64,000 nucleotides of DNA, taken from positions 320,001 through 384,000 of the forward strand of contig JAXHNL010000002.1 in assembly GCA_034520565.1 (NCBI GenBank). The letters are read 5' to 3'. This DNA is from Halodesulfurarchaeum sp. (GTDB taxonomy: Archaea; Halobacteriota; Halobacteria; Halobacteriales; Halobacteriaceae). Shown here one piece after another: positions 1 through 10,053 of the stretch. The notes beneath the pieces are model-generated. The model had not been told where the DNA came from. It saw only the letters and a list, made by a program, of their open reading frames with translations, and did no database searches. How positions within the stretch are numbered: position 1 is the stretch's first letter; the number at the start of each line of letters is the position of its first letter. Made by a program: the position numbers and the translations under genes.

Positions 1-781
1 TCTTCGGCTCCCCGTCGCGGATCACGGTCGCCTCCTCCGGGGAGAGCGCGAGTAACTCCCGGAGCGAGTCCCGAGCCCGGTCCATCGCGTAGTCCTCGAG
101 CAGTTCGGCGATGCTGAAGAGGACCGCCAGCGTCGCCGCCTCGACGAAGAAGCCGATCGCCGTCGCGGCGATGATCGCCGTCCCCATCAGCAGGTCGATG
201 TCGAGGCTGAAATTCCTGGCCGAGTAGTAGCCACCCCGAACGACCGGCGCCCCACTCGTCCCGATCGCCACGAGGAAGAGGACCGCAGCGACCGAAATCG
301 GGACGCCGAGGACCTGGCCCACGGTCGCGTTCACGCCAGAGAGAACGAACTCCACGAGGAGCCCGGCCACGAGAAACACGGCCCCGAGCCAGGTCTTCTT
401 CGCTCGCGAACTCGTCCAGACCGCGGTCGGCGGGGCGACCTCGACGGCGGAATGGGACCCTGATTCGCCCCCGGAGCCTTCCGCAGTCCCGACACCGCCG
501 TCCGAGTCGTCGGCGGCCGAGACGGTGCTGACCTCGTAGCCGGCGCCCTCGATCGCCTCGATGACAGCCGATTCCGTCGTCTGGTCGGGGTCGAAGGTAA
601 CACTCGCCGTGCCAGTCGTCGCCTGGAGGGTGCTGTCGATGACGCCCTCGACCCGGTCGAGGCTCGTCTCCACTTTCTTCACGCAGGTCGGACAGTCCAT
701 CTCCGGGACGCCGAGGCTGGTCGAGGCCTCGACACCCCGGACTACACCCTCCGACTCGCCCGGTTCGCGATCGTCGGTCAC
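1..781 (-). CDS. cadA: Heavy-metal-translocating P1B-type ATPase (Zn/Cd type), N-terminal part; runs off window start
   Basis: Manual translation from GTG at 781: HMA domain (VPEMDCPTC...EAIEGAGY), then TM helices with LDIDLLMG and LFSIAELLEDYAMDRARDSLRELLALSPEEA; absent from ORF track because truncated. Confidence 0.85.
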   Translation of the reverse strand, partial: MTDDREPGESEGVVRGVEASTSLGVPEMDCPTCVKKVETSLDRVEGVIDSTLQATTGTASVTFDPDQTTESAVIEAIEGAGYEVSTVSAADDSDGGVGTAEGSGGESGSHSAVEVAPPTAVWTSSRAKKTWLGAVFLVAGLLVEFVLSGVNATVGQVLGVPISVAAVLFLVAIGTSGAPVVRGGYYSARNFSLDIDLLMGTAIIAATAIGFFVEAATLAVLFSIAELLEDYAMDRARDSLRELLALSPEEATVIRDGEPK

Positions 782-818
782 GTCGAATACTGGGCACGGC
801 ACGGGAATAGGGAGTCGG

Positions 819-831
819 TTGGAATATCCAA
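819..831. promoter_or_regulatory. Palindrome TTGGA-ATA-TCCAA upstream of the P1B ATPase, candidate operator
   Basis: Perfect 5-3-5 inverted repeat about 40 bp upstream of the ATPase start, between it and the co-oriented HTH regulator. Confidence 0.35.
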
Positions 832-876
832 TCCCTGGTGGGACCAGTCGGTCGCTCCCGAAGCCACTCCAGCCCG

Positions 877-1623
877 TTACAGCGCGGAGGTCGGTTCGTC
901 CACGCCCAGTTCGTCGACGTGCTCGCCCATCACGTGGGCTTCGGCCCGTCGCAGTCGGTAGGCGAGTGTGGAGCGCGGGACGTCGAGTCGCTCGGCGAGT
1001 TCGGCGACGTCGATCTCGCGTGGCGTTTCGTAGTAGCCGTGAGTCACGGCCGCCCGTAACGCTTCCCGCTGTTTGGCCGGCAAACCGTCGATGAGATCCG
1101 GGCCCGCCTTCGCGGTTTCGCCGGCCTCGGTCATCCGGCGCATCTCGAGGTCGGCACAGTCCCCGAGGGTCGCCTCGAGGGTGTCGACGAACGTCCGGAC
1201 GTCGCCCTCGCCGGAGTGGATGACCCGCCAGGTGTACTCGCGACCCCGGTTCAGCGTTTCGAAGAGAAGCCCGTCGCCGAGGGAGTCGATGGCGATATGG
1301 GGGACGGACACGCAGGTCACGCTGCGCTCCCAGTAGGAGTAAAGTACGAGTTCGTCGTCGGTGTGTTCGAGCACTTCGGTGGTCTGCTGGGCCCCGCAGT
1401 CGTCGGTCGCCAGGCAATCGGCGTAGTAATCGGCGGTCCTGACGGTCTCCTCGATAGCGTCGAGGGCTTCCGGGGAGCCGGTCGCGTGATCGACCCGCCA
1501 GAGACTCTCCGACGTGGCGTGGAGGGACAGCGAGCGGATGCGGGCCTCGGGGTGGGCCGCGAGCGTGTCCGCGACGGCGTTGCATCCTCGCTCGTAGGAC
1601 AGAGCGAAGACGAGTTCGCGCAT
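877..1623 (-). CDS. HTH-10 (Bat-like C-terminal HTH) transcriptional regulator
   Basis: C-terminal LPAKQREALRAAVTHGYYETPREIDVAELAERLDVPRSTLAYRLRRAE is the haloarchaeal HTH_10 signature. Confidence 0.85.
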   Translation of the reverse strand: MRELVFALSYERGCNAVADTLAAHPEARIRSLSLHATSESLWRVDHATGSPEALDAIEETVRTADYYADCLATDDCGAQQTTEVLEHTDDELVLYSYWERSVTCVSVPHIAIDSLGDGLLFETLNRGREYTWRVIHSGEGDVRTFVDTLEATLGDCADLEMRRMTEAGETAKAGPDLIDGLPAKQREALRAAVTHGYYETPREIDVAELAERLDVPRSTLAYRLRRAEAHVMGEHVDELGVDEPTSAL

Positions 1624-1882
1624 ACTCGGTCTACGGTCCAGAACGGTTTAACGGGTCGTTTCCTGACCCCCTTCCGTGGGGTCTGGGCCCGGCAACCGTC
1701 TCCGTTCGGGAACACTCCGGGCCAACGTTTATACGCCATAGCCGGACCAGTCCGGCTCGATGCAGTGACCGCTTCCCGCCACGCGTTCGCGGGTGTGCGA
1801 CGTGTCGCGTGGTGGAGCCGACACGGAGTCGCCACCGTCACGGTGGCCGAATAATACACGTCGCCTGTTCGCCCCCGTCTCC

Positions 1883-3130
1883 CTACACCGGCTCGCCGAA
1901 GGCGTAGAAGGTGTTGTGGTCGGTGAGCTCGACCGTCACGCGGTCGCCCAGCTCGATGCCCGCGCTGTACTCGTCGGGGATCACGATCCGGTGGTAGGCG
2001 TCGTCGTAGCCCTGCAGCGAGCTGCCGGTCCCCGGCTCGGCCACGAGCACCTCCCGTTGCGAGCCGAGGAGATCCTCGTGAACTTGCCCGACGATCGTCT
2101 CCTTGCGCTCGGAGAGGTCCCGCGAGCGTTCCTTCTTGATCGTGCCACCCAGCCCCTTCATCTCGGCGGCGTCGGTCCCCGGCCGCTTCGAGAAGCGAGT
2201 GACGTTGATCGTCTCCGGTTCGACGGTCTCGAGGAGGTCCACGCTCGCCCGATGATCGCTCTCGCTCTCGGTGGGAAAGCCCACGACGAAGTCGGTGGCG
2301 AGGGTCCACTCATCGAGGATCCGATCGAAGGTGTCGACGATCTCCCGGAACTCCGCCACACTGTGCTGGCGCCGCATGTCCGCAAGCACGTCGTCCGAGC
2401 CCGACTGGACCGGCAGGTGGATGAAGTTGTACAGCTCCGGACAGTCGGCCATCAGGTGTGCGATCTCCTCGCGGATCGGATGAATCCCCCACGGGTTGGC
2501 CATCCCGAGCCGAACCCGAAAGTCGCCCTCGAGAGCACAGATGCCACGGAGGAGATCCGGGAGCCAGTGCTCGCCGTGATCGAGGCCGTAGACGCCCGTG
2601 TCCTGGCCGGTGATCCGGATCTCGCTGGCCCCGGCCTCGAGCAGCTCGCGAGCCCGCTCGACGTTTTCCTCGACCGGCGGCGAGTCGATTCGGCCGGTCG
2701 CGGCCTTCGTGATGCAGTACGAGCAGTCGCTCATGCAGCCCCGTGCGAGGGGAAGGATACCGATCACGCCCTCGAGGACCGGCTCGGTATCCGGCGTGAC
2801 GGTCGGGCACTCCCCGTTGCTCACCTCGTCGGGAACGTCGTCCCACCCCACGACAGCGGCGTCCACGTCCACCTGGGCGAACGCGGAGCCTTGCGCGAGG
2901 GCCATACACCCGGTGACGATCAGGTCGGCCTCGTCCTGGAGTTCCCTGGCCCGGCGGAGCATGTTGTCCTCGGTCGTCTCGATGACCGTGCAGGTGTTGA
3001 GAATGACCGCATCCGCGGCCGCCGGCGACTCGACGGGGCGGTGGCCACCGTCGCGGAGCCGCCGCTCGATGGCGCGGCTCTCGCCCCGGTTTGCCGTACA
3101 GCCGTAGGTTTCGATGTAGTACCGGGCCAT
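1883..3130 (-). CDS. MiaB-like radical SAM tRNA methylthiotransferase (archaeal/eukaryotic MtaB type)
   Basis: YIETYGC N-terminus (UPF0004), CxxxCxxC (GCMSDCSYC), HLPVQSGS, C-terminal TRAM-like domain; start moved to ATG 3130. Confidence 0.88.
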   Translation of the reverse strand: MARYYIETYGCTANRGESRAIERRLRDGGHRPVESPAAADAVILNTCTVIETTEDNMLRRARELQDEADLIVTGCMALAQGSAFAQVDVDAAVVGWDDVPDEVSNGECPTVTPDTEPVLEGVIGILPLARGCMSDCSYCITKAATGRIDSPPVEENVERARELLEAGASEIRITGQDTGVYGLDHGEHWLPDLLRGICALEGDFRVRLGMANPWGIHPIREEIAHLMADCPELYNFIHLPVQSGSDDVLADMRRQHSVAEFREIVDTFDRILDEWTLATDFVVGFPTESESDHRASVDLLETVEPETINVTRFSKRPGTDAAEMKGLGGTIKKERSRDLSERKETIVGQVHEDLLGSQREVLVAEPGTGSSLQGYDDAYHRIVIPDEYSAGIELGDRVTVELTDHNTFYAFGEPV

Positions 3131-3283
3131 TCGGTCGGCGAGGATAGCGGCCACGAGGTCAAAAGGGGCCCGGTCGGCCCACCCGATCGTCGTCAGCGAA
3201 AACCCCCGACAAATGGTAAAATTTAGCGCGTTTTCTCGGAGCCTGATAATGGCCGTCCGCCTTTTAGATCCCGTTGTTCAATC

Positions 3284-3313
3284 TTTAGCCAGGACTAAAT
3301 TAGGTGACCCAAA
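3284..3313 (+). promoter_or_regulatory. Tandem DtxR/SirR-family operator boxes upstream of feoA
   Basis: TTTAG-CCAGGA-CTAAA (3284-3299) followed by TTAG-GTGACC-CAAA (3300-3313), just before the feoA ATG; fits the TTAG-N6-CTAA DtxR-family pattern. Confidence 0.6.
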
Positions 3314-3315
3314 GA

Positions 3316-3546
3316 ATGAGCGCAACACTCGCGGACGTTTCGACCGACGCCGCCTTCGAAATCGAGCGGGTCGAGGACGACGAACTCCTGGCGAAGCTCC
3401 GCCGGCTCGGATTCCTGGACGGTCGCGTCAACTGTCAACGGCGGCTCTCGAAGGGACCGGTCGTGGTCTCCCGACACGGAACGGATCTGGCCCTCGGGGC
3501 GAGCGTCGCCGAGACGATCACGATAACGGAGGTCGAGGAGCCGTGA
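3316..3546 (+). CDS. feoA: Ferrous iron transport protein FeoA
   Basis: 76 aa, LRRLGF...GPVVV...LALG pattern, overlaps the feoB start. Confidence 0.8.
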   Translation: MSATLADVSTDAAFEIERVEDDELLAKLRRLGFLDGRVNCQRRLSKGPVVVSRHGTDLALGASVAETITITEVEEP

Positions 3547-5423
3547 GCGAAATCGACAACCCGGGAAAAGGGATCGAAACGGTCGCACTCGTCGGCGCCC
3601 CGAACGTGGGCAAAAGCGTGGTGTTCAACTACCTCGCCGACGAGTACGTCGACGTCTCGAATTACCCCGGGACGACCGTCGAGACCACGCTCGCCCGGAT
3701 GGGCGAGTACGCGATTACCGATACCCCCGGGGCCTACGGAATCGCCTCCTTCGATGAGGAAGAGCGGATCACCCGCGAGATCGTTCTCGAGGCCGACCGG
3801 GTGATCAACGTCGTCGACGTGACCCACCTCGACCGGGACCTGTTCTTGACCCTCCAGCTGCTGGACATGGGCGTTCCGACGGTCGTCTGTCTCAACATGA
3901 TGGACGAGGCCGAGGCGGCGGGGATCGACGTCGACCCGGACGCCCTCGAAGCCGCACTCGGGGTGCCGGTGGTACCGACGGTGGCCGTCTCCGGGAAGGG
4001 ACTCGACGAGATCCCCGAGCGGCTGGCAGAGGCTGATGCGCCAGCTGAACCGGCGATCGCGGATTACTTCGACGAGATTCCCGAGGACCTCGAGGTCGAC
4101 AGGCGCGAGCGGACCCTCCTCGCGGAGGCCGACGAGACCACCGCACGCGAAGTCGCCGAGCGGGCACCCTCGATTGCCGACGGTGGGACACCCTCCTACG
4201 TCGATCCCGATCGGCGGGACGCCATTTACAGCGATCGGCGCGACCGCGTCGGCGGGATCGTCGACCGCGTTGTCTCGGAAATCGAACGCGGGCGGACCTG
4301 GGCCGATCGCGCGAGCGACCTCATGTTGAACCCGCTCACCGGAACCCCGATCGCGCTGGGGTTGCTCGGGGTGATCTTCTACGTGATCGGCGTCTTCGTC
4401 GCCCAGACCTTCGTCGGCTTCACCGAGGGAGTGCTCTTCGGCGAGTATTACAACCCGTTCATGAGCGAACTGGTTGCCGGGCTCATGCCCGCCGCCGGGT
4501 GGGCCGAACCGATCGAGTTCCTGCTGATCAACGACAACCTGGGCTTGCTAACGATCACACTCCAGTACATGGTCGGTGTGCTCCTGCCGCTGATCGTGGC
4601 GTTCTACATCGTCATCGGGGCGCTTGAGGACTCCGGCGTGCTCCCCCGCCTGGCCGTCCTGACGGATCGGGGCCTCTCCCGGATGGGGCTCAACGGCCGG
4701 GCCATCGTCCCGATGATCGTCGGGGTCGGCTGTGTCACCATGGCTGTCATCACGACCCGGATGGTCGGCTCGCGGCGCGAGCGGCTGATCGCCACCGGCT
4801 TGCTCGGCCTCGCAATTCCCTGTTCCGCCCAGCTGGGGGTCATCATGGGGCTGCTCGCCGGGTTGGGGCTTGCCTGGTGGTTCGGCTATCTCGCTGTCCT
4901 GCTGGTCGTGCTGGGGCTCGTCGGACTCTCCCTCGACCGCGTCCTCCCGGGGGAAAGCGAGGGACTCGTGACGGAACTCCCCCGGATGCGGGTGCCCCGA
5001 CCGACGAACATCGTCCGGAAAACGAGCAACCGGACGAAGATGTTCTTCCGCGAGGCGGGCCCACTCTTCGGGGCGACGGCGATCGTCGTCTCGCTCGCCG
5101 ATTACACCGGGCTGCTGACGAGTCTCAAACAGCTCCTCGTGCCGGTGACGGCCTTCATCGGCATGCCGGCCGATTTCGCGCAGGTGCTCATTTTGGGCCT
5201 CATCCGCCGTGACTTCGCTGCTGCCGGCATGACCGACATGGCCCTGTCGGCACCCCAGATCTTCGTCGGGCTGGTCGTGATTACCTTCTTCGTCCCCTGC
5301 ATCCTCGCGATGGTGATGATCGGGAAGGAGCGCGACCTCAAATCGGGGCTGGCGACCTGGTTCGGATCCTGGCTCGTCGCCTTTGCCGTCGGCGGCCTCC
5401 TCGCGGTGGTGTTCGGGCTATGA
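3543..5423 (+). CDS. feoB: Ferrous iron transporter FeoB
   Basis: G1 GAPNVGKS, G2 NYPGTT, G3 DTPG, G4 NMMD, gate motifs GVGC, IPCSAQ and FVPC; GTG start overlapping the feoA stop. Confidence 0.95.
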   Translation: MSEIDNPGKGIETVALVGAPNVGKSVVFNYLADEYVDVSNYPGTTVETTLARMGEYAITDTPGAYGIASFDEEERITREIVLEADRVINVVDVTHLDRDLFLTLQLLDMGVPTVVCLNMMDEAEAAGIDVDPDALEAALGVPVVPTVAVSGKGLDEIPERLAEADAPAEPAIADYFDEIPEDLEVDRRERTLLAEADETTAREVAERAPSIADGGTPSYVDPDRRDAIYSDRRDRVGGIVDRVVSEIERGRTWADRASDLMLNPLTGTPIALGLLGVIFYVIGVFVAQTFVGFTEGVLFGEYYNPFMSELVAGLMPAAGWAEPIEFLLINDNLGLLTITLQYMVGVLLPLIVAFYIVIGALEDSGVLPRLAVLTDRGLSRMGLNGRAIVPMIVGVGCVTMAVITTRMVGSRRERLIATGLLGLAIPCSAQLGVIMGLLAGLGLAWWFGYLAVLLVVLGLVGLSLDRVLPGESEGLVTELPRMRVPRPTNIVRKTSNRTKMFFREAGPLFGATAIVVSLADYTGLLTSLKQLLVPVTAFIGMPADFAQVLILGLIRRDFAAAGMTDMALSAPQIFVGLVVITFFVPCILAMVMIGKERDLKSGLATWFGSWLVAFAVGGLLAVVFGL

Positions 5424-5605
5424 GCGGGTTTGGCACCGTCACCTGTGAGACGTGTGGGTACGGCTACGATCCCGGCGACGGCCTGGACTGTCCGCGGTGT
5501 GGCTCCAGTTTCGACTGTTCGTCGCTGAGCTGCGATGACTGTGGGGCCTGTCCCACCATCGGCGGCGGCCTCCGGAGCGCGATCCAGTCCCTCGGCAGAA
5601 TCTGA
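5420..5605 (+). CDS. Small Cys-rich protein (CxxC, CPxCG, CxxCxxC) coupled to feoB
   Basis: 61 aa with 8 Cys; ATGA overlap with the feoB stop. Confidence 0.7.
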   Translation: MSGFGTVTCETCGYGYDPGDGLDCPRCGSSFDCSSLSCDDCGACPTIGGGLRSAIQSLGRI

Positions 5606-5618
5606 GCCGGTCCGCCGA

Positions 5619-6257
5619 CTACACCGGAGCGCCCTCCAGGATCGCCACGCCGGAACTCGCGCCGATCCGCTCGGCCCCAGCCTCGACCATCGCCATCGCT
5701 TCCTCGTAGCTGCCGATGCCGCCGCTTGCCTTCACTGAGAGGTACTCGCTCAGGAGTTCGACGTCCGGAACCGTCGCCCCGCCGTCGGCGAACCCGGTCG
5801 ACGTCTTGAGGAAGTCCGCTCCGGCTGCCTGTACCACCTCGCCGGCAACGTGTTTTTCCGCGTCGGTCAGCAGGGCCGTCTCGACGATGACCTTGACCGG
5901 GATCGAAACCGCCTCGACGAGGTCGATCAGTTCGGCAGTCACGGCTTCGGTCTCGCCGGCTTTCAGTCGGCCGACGTTGAGGACCACGTCGAGTTCGTCG
6001 GCCCCAGCTTCCTGGGCCGTGACGGCCTCCGCCCGCTTGGCTTCCGGTGCGTTCTGGCCGTGTGGGAAACCGATCACGGTCGCGATAGTCGTCTCGCTCG
6101 CTGCGGACGCCCGAGCCTCAGAGACGTAGCAGGGCGGAATACAGACGTTCATGCCCCACGATTCGGCTTCGTCGATGACCCGGTGGACGTCTTCGAGGGT
6201 CGTCTCCGGGCCGAGCACCGTGTGATCGATCAGCGGGGCGAGTTCCTCGCGGTTCAT
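5619..6257 (-). CDS. deoC: Deoxyribose-phosphate aldolase
   Basis: [38 protein letters not shown]. Confidence 0.96.
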   Translation of the reverse strand: MNREELAPLIDHTVLGPETTLEDVHRVIDEAESWGMNVCIPPCYVSEARASAASETTIATVIGFPHGQNAPEAKRAEAVTAQEAGADELDVVLNVGRLKAGETEAVTAELIDLVEAVSIPVKVIVETALLTDAEKHVAGEVVQAAGADFLKTSTGFADGGATVPDVELLSEYLSVKASGGIGSYEEAMAMVEAGAERIGASSGVAILEGAPV

Positions 6258-6340
6258 GACTCGACGAACGGCCCGGACGGGGAAAAGGTCCGGTGAAACC
6301 GTGACACCGCTTATGGCCCCGTGGCTCCAACCGAGGGGGT

Positions 6341-7294
6341 ATGCCCGTAGAGGAGGTCGAATCGACCGCCGAAGACATCGAGGAGATGGAGATCAGGGGC
6401 GCGGCGACCATCGCCGGCGCGGCAGCCGAGGCCCTCGGGGCCCAGGCCACGGCCAGCGAGGCGACCGATCCCGAGGCCTTCGAAGCCGAAATGCGACGGG
6501 CGGCCCGGGAGCTCTACGAAACGCGGCCCACGGCGGTCAGCCTGCCGAACGCCCTCCGGTTCGTGCTACAGGACATGGACGGGGAAACCGTCGACGCGAA
6601 GCGCGAATCGATCCTAGAAGCGAGCCGACAGTTCCAGGAGGATCTCGAGCACGCCCAGGAGCGGCTGGGCCGGATCGGGGCCAACCGGCTCCGCGACGGG
6701 GACCGGGTCATGACCCACTGCCACTCGACGGACGCCCTGGCGACGGTGCGACACGCCGTCGAATCGGGCAAACACATCGAGGCGATCGTGAAGGAGACCC
6801 GCCCGCGCAACCAGGGTCACATCACCGCGAGACGGCTCCGGGAGATGGGCGTCCCGGTGACCCTGATCGTCGACAGCGCCGCCCACCGCTACCTCAACGA
6901 CGTCGATCACGTGCTGGTCGGGGCCGACAGCATCGCCGCGGACGGCTCGGTGATCAACAAGATCGGTACCAGCGGCCTCGCGGTCAACGCCCGGGACCGC
7001 GGCACGCCCATCGTCGTCGCCGCCCAGACGTTAAAACTCCACCCGGGGACGCTCACCGGTCACACCGTCGAGATCGAGATGCGGGACGAAACGGAGGTGA
7101 TCGGCGCGGACAAACGGGAGGAGATCGGCGACATCGAGGTGAAGAACCCGGCCTTCGACGTGACCCCGCCACGGCACGTCGACGCGATCATCACCGAACG
7201 GGGGCAGTTCCCACCCGAGAGCATCGTCTCGCTCATGCGGGAGCTCTACGGCGACATGGACGAGGAGCCCTGGACCGAGCCGGCCGGGGAGTGA
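6341..7294 (+). CDS. Ribose-1,5-bisphosphate isomerase (eIF2B-like family)
   Basis: [41 protein letters not shown]. Confidence 0.9.
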   Translation: MPVEEVESTAEDIEEMEIRGAATIAGAAAEALGAQATASEATDPEAFEAEMRRAARELYETRPTAVSLPNALRFVLQDMDGETVDAKRESILEASRQFQEDLEHAQERLGRIGANRLRDGDRVMTHCHSTDALATVRHAVESGKHIEAIVKETRPRNQGHITARRLREMGVPVTLIVDSAAHRYLNDVDHVLVGADSIAADGSVINKIGTSGLAVNARDRGTPIVVAAQTLKLHPGTLTGHTVEIEMRDETEVIGADKREEIGDIEVKNPAFDVTPPRHVDAIITERGQFPPESIVSLMRELYGDMDEEPWTEPAGE

Positions 7295-7375
7295 CCGGAC
7301 GCCGCCCACCGGTCGCAGACGGCCGGCGGGCCGGTGAAGGACAACGCTTTCGGCCCTCGCCTGGCGAGTTGTCGT

Positions 7376-8194
7376 ATGGTACTGCCGGCCGGCTCCACCC
7401 TGCCTCCGCTGCCCTACCTGTTCGGGGTCATCGGCGGCGCCCTCGCCGTCGTCATCGCCCTCTACCGGCGACGGGTCGCGCTCCGGACGCGGACGGTACT
7501 GGCCTTTGCCCCGTGGATGGTGACGGGCTCGTCCCTGTACGTGCTCTATCAGATCGGCGCGGCACCCGCCCCGCTCGCGCCGCTTTTCAGTTCGCCGACG
7601 GTGTACCTGACGACGGCCGTCGTCGCGGGATCGGTCTGGCTCGTGGCGAGCCGCGTCGAGCGAACGGAGCGATGGGTGGCGATCATGGGGGGCGTCGCCG
7701 CCGCCCTCCCGATCGGGATCGCGACGGCCAACGCCCTCGCCGCTGGCACGTTCGCTCCGGGGTGGTCACTCTTCGGCGCAGTCGTGGCCGGGGTCCTAGC
7801 CGCCGGGGTCTGGTGGTGTTTCGGCCGGTATCGGCCGGCCGTGACGGAGATCGTGGGTACCGCCGGCGCTCTCGCGGTCTTCGCCCACGTTCTCGACGGC
7901 GTCTCGACCGTCATCGGGGTCGACGTGCTCCATTACGGGGAACAGACGCCGCTCTCGGCGGTCATTTTGGACGTCGGTGCGGCCCTTCCAACGGCTCCGA
8001 TCCTCGGCACCGGGTGGGTGTTCCTGGTCGTCAAGACGACCTTCGCCGTCGGCCTGGTCTGGCTCATGGCCGATCTGGTGCGGGACGATCCCCCGCTGGG
8101 GAACGGGCTGCTCCTGTTGATCACCGCCGTTGGCCTGGGGCCGGCGGCGCACAACCTCCTCCTCTTCGCCGTCGCGGGGCCCGCCGGGCTTTAA
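7376..8194 (+). CDS. DUF63-family polytopic membrane protein
   Basis: Multiple TM helices, PWMVTGS and HVLDGVST...GLGP motifs. Confidence 0.75.
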   Translation: MVLPAGSTLPPLPYLFGVIGGALAVVIALYRRRVALRTRTVLAFAPWMVTGSSLYVLYQIGAAPAPLAPLFSSPTVYLTTAVVAGSVWLVASRVERTERWVAIMGGVAAALPIGIATANALAAGTFAPGWSLFGAVVAGVLAAGVWWCFGRYRPAVTEIVGTAGALAVFAHVLDGVSTVIGVDVLHYGEQTPLSAVILDVGAALPTAPILGTGWVFLVVKTTFAVGLVWLMADLVRDDPPLGNGLLLLITAVGLGPAAHNLLLFAVAGPAGL

Positions 8195-8218
8195 CTGCCG
8201 GGCGACCCACGTTCGGCC

Positions 8219-9187
8219 ATGGGTCAGATTTTCGCCGCCGGACACTGCAACTGGGACGTCACGCTCCTCGTCGCCTCGCTGCCGGCCCCCGACGGCGAGG
8301 CCCGGATCACCGGCCTGCACCGCTCGGGCGGCGGCAGTGCCGCGAACGTCGCCAGCGCGCTCGCCGGGTACGACCTCGACGCTGGTCTGATCGGCAGCGT
8401 CGGCGACGACGACCAGGGCCGCATGGTAAAACGCGAACTCGAGGAAACGGGCGTCGACGTCGCCGGCGTGCTCACGGTCCCGGGCGGCGAAACGACGGTC
8501 AAGTACCTCGTGGTCGACGCCGACGGGGAAGTCATGGTCCTGGCGAACGAGGGCGTAAACGAGGCGATCGGCCCGGACGACCTCGACCCGGACCACCTCG
8601 CCGGGGCCGATCACGTCCACCTCACCGGCCAGCGCCCCGAGACGGCCGACCGGCTGATCGACCTCGCTCGGGAGGGGGACCTGACGGTGAGCTTCGACCC
8701 GGGCCGCCGGATCGAGGAACGGGCCTTCGAGCCGCTGCTCGACCGGGTCGACGTCTTGTTATTGAACGAACTCGAGGCCGAAGCGGTGTTCGACGGCTCC
8801 CGCGGCGAGCGGATCGAGCGTGCGGCGGGCGAGGACCGGGTGATCGTCGTCAAGCGGGGGAGCGACGGGGCCTCGGCGTACACGGCAGCTGGGACCGTCC
8901 ACCATCCTGGGTTCGCCGTCGAGGCCGTCGACACGACCGGGGCCGGTGACGCCTTCGCGGCCGGGTTCCTCGCGGCCACCGTCGGCGGACGGGACTTCGG
9001 CCCCGAGACGGGGAGTGGGGCGGGGACAGGGACGGACCACGTGCTCGTCGGCGACCAGGTGGACGTCGAGCGGGTCCTGGCCGTCACGAACGCCAGTGGA
9101 GCCCTCACCGTCACCGAGCCGGGAGCCCGGACGACACCGACGGCAGCGGAACTTGCGGCGTTCCTCGCCGAACGAACTGGCGAGTGA
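8219..9187 (+). CDS. PfkB/ribokinase-family kinase (probable ribose-1-phosphate kinase from context)
   Basis: GGSAANVA, VGDD, VKRGSDG, DTTGAGDAF. Confidence 0.88.
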   Translation: MGQIFAAGHCNWDVTLLVASLPAPDGEARITGLHRSGGGSAANVASALAGYDLDAGLIGSVGDDDQGRMVKRELEETGVDVAGVLTVPGGETTVKYLVVDADGEVMVLANEGVNEAIGPDDLDPDHLAGADHVHLTGQRPETADRLIDLAREGDLTVSFDPGRRIEERAFEPLLDRVDVLLLNELEAEAVFDGSRGERIERAAGEDRVIVVKRGSDGASAYTAAGTVHHPGFAVEAVDTTGAGDAFAAGFLAATVGGRDFGPETGSGAGTGTDHVLVGDQVDVERVLAVTNASGALTVTEPGARTTPTAAELAAFLAERTGE

Positions 9188-9226
9188 CACCAGACCCCTT
9201 TTTGTCGAGCCGCGGTATCCCCGGGT

Positions 9227-9994
9227 ATGGGCAAGCAGCCACACCTCCAGGTCGAAGCCGGGGACGTCAACGAGATCGCGTTACTGCCGGGTGATCCGGG
9301 TCGGGTCGATCGCATCGCGGGGCACTGCGAAAACGCCACCACCGTCGCCGAGAACCGCGAGTACAAGCTCGTCAACGCGACCTACGAGGGAGTCGATCTC
9401 AGCATCGTCTCGACCGGGATCGGGTCCCCATCGGCCGCCATCGCCGTCGAGGAGCTGGAGCGGGTTGGGGTCGAGACCGTGATCCGGGTCGGGACGATCG
9501 GGGCGCTCCAGGCGGACATCGAGATCGGCGACATGATCGTCGCCACCGGCGCGGCGAAGGACGAGGGAACCTCGAAGCGCTACGAGAAGAGCGAATTTCC
9601 CGCCGTCCCGGATTACGACGTGCTCACGGCGCTCGTCGACGCCGCCGAGGCGAACGAGGAGCGCGCGGCCGCGGACGGGGCAGGCGACGACGCCGCGAGC
9701 CGCGTTCACGTCGGACCGATCACGACCGACGACGCGTTCTACGCCGAGACGGACGCCTACGTCGAGGCGTGGGAGGACGCCGGCATCCTCGCCGTCGAGA
9801 TGGAGGCAGCCGCGATCTTCACGATCGCGAGGCGGAAGGGAATGGACGCGGGAGCGATCTGCACGGTCGACGGCAACCTCGTCGCCGGGACACAGAAGGG
9901 CGAGGGCGAAGACGAACTGCCCGAGAAGGCGAAAAACAACGTCGAGCGGGCGATCGACATCGCCCTCGGGGCCGCCGCGGACCTCGCAGAGTAG
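9227..9994 (+). CDS. udp: Nucleoside phosphorylase (uridine phosphorylase family)
   Basis: QPHL, LLPGDPGRV, STGIGSPS, IRVGT, VEMEAA. Confidence 0.9.
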   Translation: MGKQPHLQVEAGDVNEIALLPGDPGRVDRIAGHCENATTVAENREYKLVNATYEGVDLSIVSTGIGSPSAAIAVEELERVGVETVIRVGTIGALQADIEIGDMIVATGAAKDEGTSKRYEKSEFPAVPDYDVLTALVDAAEANEERAAADGAGDDAASRVHVGPITTDDAFYAETDAYVEAWEDAGILAVEMEAAAIFTIARRKGMDAGAICTVDGNLVAGTQKGEGEDELPEKAKNNVERAIDIALGAAADLAE

Positions 9995-10053
9995 ACGGTG
10001 AACGCACCTCGGGCGACTGAAAGTCTCTTTGCTCCCGACGCCGAAGGCCGGGT

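Noticed and set aside
6256-8949. Long Arg/Gly/Pro-rich ORFs (e.g. 6256..8949, 1793..3226, 34025..35596, 47787..49214)
   Set aside because: Shadow frames of real high-GC genes; basic composition is incompatible with haloarchaeal proteins
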